This document shows, one piece after another, positions 26,450 to 38,100 of a DNA stretch of 64,000 nucleotides. Every line of letters starts with the position of its first letter. Position 1 is the stretch's first letter. The stretch comes from Antedon mediterranea. Taxonomy: Eukaryota; Animalia; Echinodermata. The notes beneath the pieces are model-generated. The model was not told the DNA's origin. It did not search any database and was given only the letters and a program-made list of their open reading frames with translations. The translations under genes were made by a program, and so were the position numbers. The stretch lies in assembly GCF_964355755.1 (NCBI RefSeq), contig NC_092674.1, positions 17,856,001-17,920,000 of the forward strand, in the 5' to 3' direction.

Positions 26450-28138
26450 CGCCTTACATGCGAGTCGAGTGCAAAATGCAGTAAATGTCATCCTTTTGGG
26501 CGGTATCAAATAATAATTGATTGCATGTGGCGGCTGGCTTTTGATATTATAAACATTCTCACATAATTTTAAATCAATTAACAGCGCACTTTGATAAAAG
26601 TACTGTGACAAATTATTAAAATAAAAACAAATTGTATCACAAATAAAATTCGGAACTACTGTATTTACGGCCATTGGTTTGTTATACACTATTCCTTCAC
26701 TTCAATATATGTAGGCTACAAAATTAAAGCAATAGTACAGTGAATATGGAACTTTACTTTTGACTGGAAAATAAAAGGCGCTAAAGAAAAATTGTGCTGT
26801 GTAAATTAGATGATGCGCCCAAACACATAACGAAAGTATAAAAATGCCAAACTATATTATTTCGGGTGTTTTTCGTGGTGTATTAATTATTTGATAGTGA
26901 TACGTAGAGATAAAAAAAAGGTGGACAAAAATCGAATGAAAAACACATTGCTGCGAAATAATAGTGAGAGAGAGATTATTTAAAGCGTTAGGTTTAGTTA
27001 TATTTAGGAACTTAACTATCTTTCACATAAGGGGCTCCAACTTCTGTACGAAATAGAAAATCGCTTCCCGGCCCCTGACAAAACTGTCAACAATACAATT
27101 CGGGACTACTTACAGCCATTGATTTTGTTATACACAGAGTATTCCTTTACTTTGAAATGTCTGTTAGCTACAAAATGAAAGCAATACTGGATTTGGGGTG
27201 CGCCTCAGAAAGTGACAACGTGCATGAGCGAGCAGACTTCTGTCAATCAGTCGGCAGAGATTAAAACATTTTAATGATAAAATATGAATTTGTAAGTTAT
27301 CGAATTAAGATGTGAAGTATTGGAATAATAACAATGATTACGGACTCTACACAAAAAGTAGTGGACATTAGATGATGCGCTCTGACACATTTTGGTTGTA
27401 TTTTTCGTTGATATTTGATATTTAGCGGAAACACAACACTCATTTGGATTCATTTTATTTGTGTGTGTTTTTGTTGTTTTTTTTTGTTCATTTACATTTT
27501 TTTTAACGTGTTTTTTTTTTTCAATTTTTTTGTGTGTATTTTTTCGTATCTGTTGCTAGTTTTGTAATTACATTGTGGTTTAATTTTGATTTTTAGCTTT
27601 AAACGGTGATACTTAATTATTACACATGTCGCGGATTGAAATCGAACCTACTAAGCATTGATATCAATGGTCACGGCGAATACATTCTGTTCCAAGGATA
27701 GGTGTAATTAATTAAAACTTCAACAGCGTGATCATTCGATACGGTTGACTAAAGACTGTTTATTTAGCGGCCCTGCATGGTATTTGTAGAGCCGGCCATG
27801 GCAGTACACAACAGAGGAGGTTGCGTAGTTTATACAGTGACGTAATATGGTCGCTGAGACGTCAAATTACTGCTATTTTTTGCCTTTTTTTAGTGTTTAT
27901 CCTTAAAATTCAGGAAAGTGACATAGCCTATCGTGTGCGGCCCCTCAATAAACATCAGTGCGCCAATTGTGAGCACGTATCTTTCAGTGGTTTTAGAGGA
28001 GAAAAATTTAGTAGCATTAATATATAGCAAATATATATAATATAACAAAGATAGGAAAAATCTGAAGTTTATCTCCTCACATGAATTACAAAATTCACTT
28101 ATCACATGTTCATTTGATAAATATCTTACTTTTTATAG

Positions 28139-28260
28139 TTATGTGTAGCTGGTGAAGAACTGAAACCAGGGTGTGTCTATGACAGTAATAAAACAATGCT
28201 ACTTGCTGCATTCAAAGAATATGGTTTTCCAGTACTAGATGTTGGCATAGCTAAAGACAA
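28139..28260 (+). CDS. GPHN: Gephyrin exon d
   Basis: tag|LCVAGEELKPGCVYDSNKTMLLAAFKEYGFPVLDVGIAKD AA|gtatg; DSN motif. Confidence 0.95.
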
Positions 28261-28379
28261 GTATGATTTGAATAAACGCCCCAGGATTAATTTAATTCCA
28301 GACATCAAATTTCCTAAAGCTAAATCATTTTATGTCTGATTAAGTATTTCAATGTATAATTCAAAGTAAATAACTACTA

Positions 28380-29106
28380 CAGTCGACCCCGCCTAAGTCA
28401 AATCTAAGGGGACTGGTATAAAAATTTGTGTTATGCAAACTTCGACTTACAGATTTGTAAAAAAATGCTAGGACCTAATTTCACTCACTAGCCGCGCTAT
28501 GACTAGGCCTAGTAGACCATATCGATATCGCGGCCCACACGATGAGCCTTCTTGAATTGAGTTTGCTTAGCTAGCTAAGCCTAATAAATGCTAAGCCTCC
28601 TTTATAACAATAGGAAAAATAATAAATACATTTCGGTTCTTATTCGAAAACGGTATCCATTGTTTATTGCCATCTGTCTGTCTAGCACAAAATGGGTACC
28701 CACAAAATGCCGCTCACTAGTTCTCAACGCTAAAAAAAACTCACAACAGATATATTCTAGCGCGCGTTATAGGACACCGTCTATGCTATACAACCTGCTT
28801 GAGAGAACCGATATGGTCCCACATTATCTCTGTCATTTGTTTATCGAATTACGTACGTTTCATCGGCTTTTTTAGCGCGTTGTTTCCGCATGATTTGTGA
28901 CTTCGACTTATACGATATACATCACTAAAGAATGTGTGTATTCGGACTGCAAAAAGACGTTGACTTAGACAAATTTCGACTTAGAAAAATTTGACTTGCA
29001 AATAAAAATTACACACTAATGTATAGGAAAGAATTGGGACTTTCATAAAAATTTGACTTTCGCGATTTTTCGACTTACATGAATTCTACTTAGGCGGAGT
29101 CAACTG
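28380..29106. mobile_element. Tc1/mariner (pogo/Tigger-like) MITE
   Basis: TA|CAGTCGACCCCGCCTAAGT ... ACTTAGGCGGAGTCAACTG|TA; subterminal cgactta repeats. Confidence 0.85.
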
Positions 29107-29164
29107 TAGTACTAATTTTTTATTTTTCTGTTGAATATTCTATGATAATCTATTGTTACCGTCC

Positions 29165-30660
29165 AAGATTTAAGATTCAATTTATTGTCACATAATATTA
29201 CATACATGCAATTTGTTTACCTGAGCTTAGAAACATAGATACAATACAATTTTAAACACAATATAAAAATGTAACACCTTAACTAATTATCTTGAAAAAT
29301 GTACATTATATAGATGACAAGCATATGGGAAAAAGAGTCTCTAAAACTGTTGGTTTTAACTTTGCATTGCTGAATTCTACCAGATCTATTAAAACTTACA
29401 ATACTATTTAGTGGATGAGTCACATCTTTAATTATCCATTCTAATTTATTAAGAGCCGATTTATCACAGAGATTACATATACTTTCAATTTCTACGCCAA
29501 TTATTTTACATGCTGCTTTAGTTATTTTACATATTAGATTGATGTTTTCTTAATTAAATTTGAATACCAGGAAATACAACAGAACGTCATAACAGATTTG
29601 ATTACACTTTAGGAAAACGTATAATAAATACATTTCGGTTCTTATTTGAAAACGGTATCCATTGTTTATTGCCATCTGTCTGTCTACCACAAAATGGGTA
29701 CCCACAAAATGCCGCTCACTAGTTCTCAACGCTAAAAAAAACTCACAACAGATATATTCTAGCGCGCGTTATAGTAAACTTGAATACCAGGAAATACAAC
29801 AGAACGTCATAACAGATTTGATTACACTTTGGTAAAATAGGAACAGCGTATCTTGTCTTGTTGTTAAATTCCTAAGAAAAAATAGGCGTTGACTAGCTTT
29901 AGAATAGAAACTTTGGGTATGCTTGTTCCAACTAAATTGATCGTCTATAGTTACACCCAAGTATTTGTGCTCTGTTGTTCTAGATACGCATTCATTGTTA
30001 AAAATTAATTTTTCTATCTTTGTTGTTTCTCCTAAAGTCAAAAATCATTTCTTTAGTTTTCATAGGATTTATAATGAGATGATTCTCGGAGCACCATTTA
30101 ATAACATGAGCAACCTTATTTCTGTACGCAGTTTCATCATCATTAGTTATAAGCCCTGTTTCTCGTCACCACTACTTTTTTCTATATATACGTGTAATTG
30201 GAGGTGTTTTGATAGTACCTGTTATATATTTAAGTTTGCTGATACATCCTTGTGGAGTACCGGTATTTGAAAATATCCAACTTGAAACATATTTGTAATC
30301 TTAACCCTTTGTGTTCGATTACTAATAAAATCGCTAATCCATTAGATATAAAAGGATGTACATTTAGATTCCTAAGCTTATCGACTAACAACATATATGG
30401 TTGAATAGTGTTGAATTCTGAACTAAAGTCTAAAAATAAAGTTCTGGCATAGGATTTAGCTTTGTCTAAATGAGCCAAAACAGGATGTAAGAAAGAAATC
30501 AGAGCGTTGTCAACACCTCGTTTAACACAGTAGGCAAATTGATATGGATCTGCAAACATCTCTATTAGCTGCTTTCCAAAAACTAGCGACACAAAAACTA
30601 TTTAATGACCATTCAAAAAGCTGTGCGAAAACTGGAGCTAATTCATTCCAAGAAAGTAAC
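29165..30660 (-). mobile_element. Rex1/Babar-type LINE fragment, rearranged
   Basis: DPYQFAY..GVDNA, FLDFSSEFNTIQP, TGTPQG, KTKEMIFDFR, KASQRLFFLR. 3' end caataaattgaatcttaaatctt. Confidence 0.85.
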
Positions 30661-30883
30661 TTAATAACATTGGCTCTATTTTTTTTTTATCTTATGAAAA
30701 AATACATAAGACTTTTATAGTCATTTTTTTTTTTTAATTCAAGAAACGATAAAAAGTGCTTTTCAATGATTTTTATACTTGTTTTAATTTGTCATCTTGG
30801 ACTGTAACAGAATTTGTATTTCATTAAAATTAGAATGATACACATAACATTCTTTTTATGAATTTGTTTATTTTTTATTCAAG

Positions 30884-31045
30884 TTTACAGTCATTGCAGA
30901 CTATTTTAACGAAGGCTTTTAGTTCTGCTGATGTTGTTGTATCTACTGGTGGGGTTTCAATGGGTGAGAAGGATCTCTTAAAGTACACACTTAGCGAAGT
31001 TTTCCATGCTCACATCCACTTTGGCCGTGTGTTCTTAAAACCTGG
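30884..31045 (+). CDS. GPHN: Gephyrin exon e
   Basis: aag|T LQSLQTILTKAFSSADVVVSTGGVSMGEKDLLKYTLSEVFHAHIHFGRVFLKP GG|gtaat; GGVSMGEKD motif. Confidence 0.95.
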
Positions 31046-31978
31046 GTAATGCTTGTTTCATTAATTATTATTTATAATATAATATAAGGAAAAATACAAT
31101 TATGAACAATTTCATCCTATTCCTAAGGTATTAAATGTAGTAAAGATAGATCACCCTATATATTTCAATCTTAAATTAAAATTATGTATATTTTGATATT
31201 TTATTAATGTTTTCATTACATTTCTTATTAATCAACAATTGGTAAAGCACTCCTCCTGGATCTGCCTCTGAACTTAACAAAGAGGAACTTTCTTTACTTG
31301 TCCTGCATTTGAACATGAATTAGCAGACAGTTTTTTTTTAATTGGAAATTTAATTGCAATTTATTCTTGGAAACGACCATGTTTGTTATGAATTGACTGA
31401 TAAATTATGAAATAAGACTTTTTTTTATCTTGAGTTATTATGTGAAACACTCTTGAGGTGGTTTGAGAGAAAAAAAAATTATTTTAAAGAAATATGTAGC
31501 TCAGTTACAACAAACAGTTTTGAGCTATTAATGTTGTTTGATATTATTTTAGTCAGGGATGTTGTTTGATCAATGCCATTGATGTGATTGAATAAAGTTT
31601 TGGAAGCAATGCATGCTACCAGGCTGGGTATATGGACTTTTATGCAAGTAAAATTGTTTAGTTTAGTTGTGTTGATCACAAATGTTTGTTATTCCTGTCA
31701 AACAGTTAAGCATTTTGGCAACCTCAGGGGCATATGTACAACAAAAACAATTAAACCACCTTTGTCATTATTAATAACTGGGTTGCTCACATGATGATAT
31801 GGACAGTGCAACATTTTTGGTTCTAGGCTCCCTGATGGGAGGCTATAACTACAATAACCCACTGTGGCTTCATAGTACTTTTGCTTTGTAGTAGATATTT
31901 AGTAATTAAGCTTTCAATTTATGAAATGAAATACTATCACTAAAATATGTACTATAGTTTTAATAAATATATTTTCAG

Positions 31979-32043
31979 GAAACCTACAACATTTGCTACA
32001 GTTGAGTATGAGGGAAAGAAAAAATTAATATTCGCCTTGCCTG
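31979..32043 (+). CDS. GPHN: Gephyrin exon f
   Basis: cag|G KPTTFATVEYEGKKKLIFALP G|gtaag. Confidence 0.95.
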
Positions 32044-32952
32044 GTAAGTATCTTTATCTAATTACTAATCTACATTAAAATGTTGACATCATCTGTTCTA
32101 TTTTCTATTTAAGGTCACAAACTACATTCTTAGACCACTAGTAAAATGTTTTATTCCATCTGACACAGCAACAACAAAATGAAACTTTCGGGCCTTCGTT
32201 TATAACCGGAAATATTGAAAAGAACAATATTAAAATTAAAAGTATGAAGCAATATTTTTAGCCCCAAAATTAACATTTTTAACCAGTTTTGGACATCTCA
32301 TTTTATGAGATAAAAGATGAAATTCTATTTTCACGAATATAAAAACATTTTTATTATTTTTTTATATATAACATCTGCTGTAAGTAGATTCTTCAGATTG
32401 AAAGGTATGCCTATAGAGTAGACCTAGGATAGGCTAGGATAATTTGTTTTTTATATGATCTAAAGAGGTACCGTTTACCATTTATAGGTTTTAAAACTTT
32501 CTTTGAGTTATATCCACATTGTCGGCCAAGAATTGTCGACTTTCTTATAGGCCCTACTATCCCAGGCCCTACTAGATAATTTGGTTCCGTTCCCAGTCAG
32601 GAATTTTGTCTCTTTTGAATAATCCCATTAAACCCTCTTCTTATTATTTTTTTTTACCATCACATAAATGGAAGGTTATATCAGTCAGTTTAGAAATAAT
32701 TGGGGTAGTCCTTTGCAACTAGTAACATATAAAAATATTGCCAGAAAGGAAGAAAGAACTGGAAATACTATATTCAATAGAACATGAACCCAGTCAGAGA
32801 AATTTTTTAGCTTTGACACTAAGCTTTTTAATACCAGCAATCTCTTTAAGCCCTTTCTTATCTTGAGTTGACCCATGACATACTGAGTTCCTATATTAAA
32901 ACATCAATGGACTGTCCAACTGATAATTTATTGATTCAGATTGAACTGAAAC

Positions 32953-33002
32953 TGAAATCATAATGATGATGGGCTATGCCGAAAACATGTCGTTTCAATA
33001 AA
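32953..33002 (+). ncRNA. Degenerate minimal hammerhead ribozyme relic
   Basis: ATGATGA-T-GGGC-tat-GCC-GAAA-ACATGT-C with palindromic stem III, TGAAA/TTTCA flanks, AATAAA. Confidence 0.45.
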
Positions 33003-33102
33003 TTTATATTGAGGCAGTTTTAACTTGTTTGATTTTGATTTTTTCTTCTACCCTGCCTACTGTATGCAGTGTGCATCATCGAGGACAAACCTGTACTGTG
33101 AC

Positions 33103-34285
33103 CTCTGTCACGGGCATAGACTTTTAAAGAAGATTAAACATGGATGTACTGTTGGCTTGAACATTTATTAGATTGGGTGATCCAGAGATTTGTGAATCCC
33201 TCAATTTGATGATTGGTTTGAACTCTATAAATTAAATTACAGAGTATTAAAAAATTGACTAACAATCATCATCAATAGTTCTTCTTATGATAATTGTTCC
33301 ATGAAGAGAATCGTACCATCAGTCTATTGAGTATATCGCTCTCATCAATCTTTACAATGGTTCTGTAACCACAACTGGTTGTTATGGCATCTATCTGAAG
33401 TAGGAACATGCCTCAATTGGTTTTCTTTGGCCTTTTGTTCTTTCTTTTCTCTGTCACGGGCATAGACTTTTAAAGAAGATTAAACATGGATGTACTGTTG
33501 GCTTGAACATTTATTAGATTGGGTGATCCAGAGATTTGTGAATCCCTCAATTTGATGATCGGTTTGAACTGTATAAATTAAATTACAGAGTATTCAAAAA
33601 CTGATATTCATTAAACTAGACAATTTTAATTGAATGAATTGAATTAAAACATTATAATTATTAACTAGAATTTAATTTGTTTACGTTGATATTTGGCTGG
33701 ATTTTATCCCACTTGCATCGTTGTTGTAAAGATGGAAAGTATTCCCTTACCCATCGACGCTAAAATTTATCCATACTGTATGTGTCTTCCCTGACAAACT
33801 TTGGGGTGGAACCTTTGATCCAGGACGGAGTAGAAGTAGATAGTTCAGAGTAGAAGGTCAGAGGCTCGCCATCGTTAGGGTCACCTGACACCTTAGTGAT
33901 TGGCCATTAACAATTGATTCGGCTTCGCATAGTAGTGTATTCAGAAAAGTTTTGTGGTTATATGTTTTGAAATATCGCCTTTCTGCGGTAATTAATTCTT
34001 TGACTGTGATGTACTAATGCTTTTTAACTGATGTTATTTTCAGTATTTTTTATTTTTATTTTATTCAATCGAAACCAACAGTAATAATTACCGCCACTAA
34101 CAGGTATCATCAATAGTTCTTCTTATGATAATTTGTTCCATGAAGAGAATCGTACCATCAGTCTATTGAGTATATCGCTCTCATCAATCTTTACAATGGC
34201 TCTGTAACCACAACTGGTTGTTATGGCATCTATCTGAAGTAGGAACATGCCTCAATTGGTTTTCTTTGGCCTTTTGTTATTTTCT
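33103..34285. repeat. Local A-B-A'-X-B' duplication
   Basis: A 33103-33259 matches 33449-33603; B 33259-33448 matches 34096-34285; near-identical. Confidence 0.85.
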
Positions 34286-34818
34286 TAGAGTAGGCTATGC
34301 AGGCACAACCTTAGTAAGCTATACTTTATGTTAAGACTGTTTAGGCCTAGATTAATTTTTTTTAGATGTATGTCCGACTCCTAGACTACTGTATAAGATA
34401 TGAAGCAGGGATTTTTAATCCATGGTAGTATGATAGACTAAGGTGGGTGAGAGACCTGTTGATTAACAGATTTCAACTGCAAACGCATGTAAAATTATAT
34501 GCAAGAGCTTCAATTGAAATCTCATTTTCTATGGTTTTAAAACCCTTCATTCAAAAGATTAAAAGGAAGTTTATTTAACATATTGTCTACATCTGGTAAG
34601 CTAAATTCTTATTACCTCCGCCAGGAATAGCGAGAGGTTATGAGGTCATATATGTTTCTATATTTATATAACAATTACCATACAGTACTAATAGTAACAA
34701 ATGTTTCCTTACAGTAGTAGGTGTATATAACTGAAATACAATGCGTCTTTACTTTGATACACCAAAACAAATAAGACTGATAATTCGACACTTTTATCGT
34801 GCTTATTACGTATTTAAC

Positions 34819-35145
34819 TGTAGGACTTCCATTACAAAAGTTTACTTGGATTGTATGATATACCAAATAAAGAAACAATATTCAAACAATCTAGTTAAGT
34901 GTTTTTATTTGTATTCTCACATTCATATATAACAAACGTTCCAGTCAAGTGCTTTTATCTGTATTCTCACATTCATATATAACAAACGTTTTCCTGTGTG
35001 CAGTAGGCTAGCATGTATCGCATCTATAACCAACGCTATTGTGTGTGTTTCGTTGTATGCCCCGTTATTATAAAGGACTGGCCATCTGCAGATAATGCAA
35101 CTTGCAGACCAAGTAGGCTATTTACATAACTACTTAAACACTACA
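34819..35145 (-). repeat. 3' LTR of the second Gypsy
   Basis: TGTAG...CTACA ends; C-rich tract (PPT on minus) at 35146-35164. Left boundary is inferred because no partner LTR is present. Confidence 0.6.
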
Positions 35146-38100
35146 TCACTGCCCCCCCTCCCCCAAGTTAGCATTAAGGTACAAAATAATCTGGAGACTT
35201 TCTAACCCTAGATGAACGTCTCAGTACAGTGATGGGTTCAGGTTCATTAACTAATGCTTTCTCAACAGCTGGCAGATTAACAATCTACTTAGCAGAATTA
35301 TAACCATAATTATTAACATTTATCTTGTACATTATTGTCCATTACAACTTGACTAGAATCAAATGATACATTGTTATCCTCATTATTACTTAACCTTTTA
35401 ACCTGAGATACATTTCTCATTTTCGTTACCCCAGATTTAGTGTTTTGCAAAATAACAGCACTACCTTCTTTTATAACATCATATGGATCAACTTCAAAAT
35501 TTGAACACAATTTATTTGGTTTCTGGTTAAACCTAAGCATTACCTCATCACCCTGTTGTACATCAGATGGCACAGCTCTACGATTTGTATTTGCAACGCA
35601 TATCGCGCACTCGCACCATCTCTTCCCAATCGGATTCAACAACTTTACAATCAAATTTAATTTGAGGTAATTTATCTCTTAGCTCACGCTTCATAAGGAG
35701 CATGTCGGGCCTTGCCCCCGTAACCGTATGAGGCGTTGTCTGATAAACAAATAGAAAATTTGAGAACTCTTTATGCCAATCTTTTCCTAGTTTTGCAGTT
35801 CTAATTGGTTTAAGTATGGTTTCTTTAAACCTTTCTACCCCACCATTTGATTGAGGCCACAACGGTACACCTTTTACGTGTGTTATAGCAAGATACTCAA
35901 GAAAATCTTCAAATTCTTTGGACGCGAAAGGAGGACAATTATCAGTTCTAATACTATACGGCAGACCATGCGTGTTAAACACACTTCGCAACGCTTTAAT
36001 AACATGCGCAGCATCAGTTTTACGCAACAAAATAGCCTCCGACCAACGCGAATAATAATCAATCACAACCAATAATTTTTCAGTGGGTGTATTTATTTTA
36101 TTTATTCATAGGAATCACCTTTATATCGGTGGCACACATTATCAGTTAATGGTGCATCCATTTTACAGACAAAATACAAATAACATAAGCTACAAAGTTC
36201 TAAATACTAACACATAACATCAAAACAAAATGTAAACTAATTAATTAATTAGATCTGTATGAAAATACATAATACGTAAACTGTACAATATATATAACTA
36301 CAAAAATAAAAACAGAACAACAAAAATATATGATAAATAAATAAATAAAAATAAATAAATAAATAAAACTTACAGATACATCCTCATAGAGATATCTGTA
36401 GCTTGTTTACTATAATAATCAATTAGTTGAGAGAGGTAATGCTGATAAAATTGTAGATCTAGTAACCCATGCTTCCATTAAATATTTTTTACAATCAAAA
36501 TCAAAGATTTCTCCTAATGTTTCATTTTCAGTGAATAAATTGTCTAGAATAAAGTGGTGTTTTAATTCTTGAGATCCACAATTAAAATTATCCCAGTCCA
36601 TACTTAAATTATTGTCTATGAGGTTGTTCTTAAGATCCAAGTATACATCATTTCTAACAGAGTTTAATGAAGGACATTTAAATAAAAAATGGTTTACTGT
36701 TTCTTTTTCGTTAGTACTACACATCTTACATAATCCTGTGTTATGACTTGACCAGGATTGTCTACGACCCTCAAGATCTAGAGAGTTTGATCTTGCTTTA
36801 GATTTTAAATTGATACTCTTAAAATTAGTTTAGTTAGTCAAATATTGTTCAAGGTTTGGAGTTCCTTTATACATAGTATATTCCGTTAACATTGTTTTGC
36901 ATTGGGCCTTTGAAAACCACTCGTTATGATCAACCTGTTTATTATTTGTCCTAAATGGCTTTATCCAGTTAGTAGATGGTTCTTGATTAAATTTGTCTAT
37001 AAAATTTGTTTTATTTAAAATATCTTTTACGTTGGATAACCAATGCCATGTCATATTTTCTTGAACAGATAAAATTGCCTTGAAAAGTAATCGAGACCAC
37101 CTACAATCTTCCATATTCTTTAATCTGTTAAAATATTGAACTCTGTAATCATTTTGTAGGGAAATAATACTTTGCCATCCCAAATCACCATACAATGCTT
37201 CTTTGGCAACATTTCTCAGGGCTTTTAGTATTATTCTAGCCATTTGATATTGTAGATTCTCAATTTTGTCTTGTGAGGTTTTCTTATTACAGAGCCAAAC
37301 AGAGCTAGCATAGTTTATGGTAGGTAGTCCGATCATTTTCCAAAGCAAATCGCCATAGTAGACTCTGTTAAAGTCTACTTGTTCCGATATTATGGATTTG
37401 ATGTAAGCAATTATACGGTTACCTTACTTAATTACTTCATTTATGAGACATACATCAGACAATGATCGAGATATATGTACACCAAGGTATTTATAGGTCT
37501 CTGTTTCCAATATATAATTTTCACCTAGTCGCCATTTTCTGTGTAAATTGATTCTTTGGCCTGTGATTAAAACATTTGATTATTCATAATTAAACGAAAG
37601 TTTCCATTTTAGTGAGAATTCAGCTGTCATTTCTAATAGTGAATTCAAATCTCGTCCATTCTCTGCAATTAAAACCACATCATCTGCCCAAAAGTTCTTA
37701 CATTTAATCATTTTATACAGTTCGTTAATGAATATTGAAAACAATAAGGGTAATAGTACATCCTTGCTTTACACCTTCGTCATTACCAAAATAATCTGTA
37801 ACAGTGTCTCCAAATGCTACATTGTACATTCAGATAAAGGTTCTTAATTATATTAAGTAAATTTCCTTTGATATTGTTGATAGCCTGAATAAGACCATCT
37901 CTCCAAACAGTGTCAAATGCTTTTTTGAAGTCTATGAAAGCAAGGTAAGTTTTTTTACCTTCAGCTTTTCTGGTTGCGATTATGCTTTTAAGGGTAAAGA
38001 CATGGTCTTCACAACGCCTATTCTTACGAAAACCTCCTTGTACTTCATCTAATAAATCATATTCCTCAATAAAACTTGACACTGTTTGGGCGATGATCCT

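Larger units (their letters stand above)
20805..26453. mobile_element. PIF/Harbinger-like non-autonomous element with long inverted arms; right TIR split by a LINE
   Basis: TTA|GGCGTCATCTCCACTAAATATCG ... CGATATTTAGTGGAGAT[LINE]CGCC|TTA. GGC ends and TTA TSD. Confidence 0.65.

Noticed and set aside
26450-26689. N-terminal ~80 aa of the 475-aa ORF as a domesticated RT gene
   Set aside because: Lies beyond the LINE 5' truncation in unrelated repeat DNA; chance open frame.
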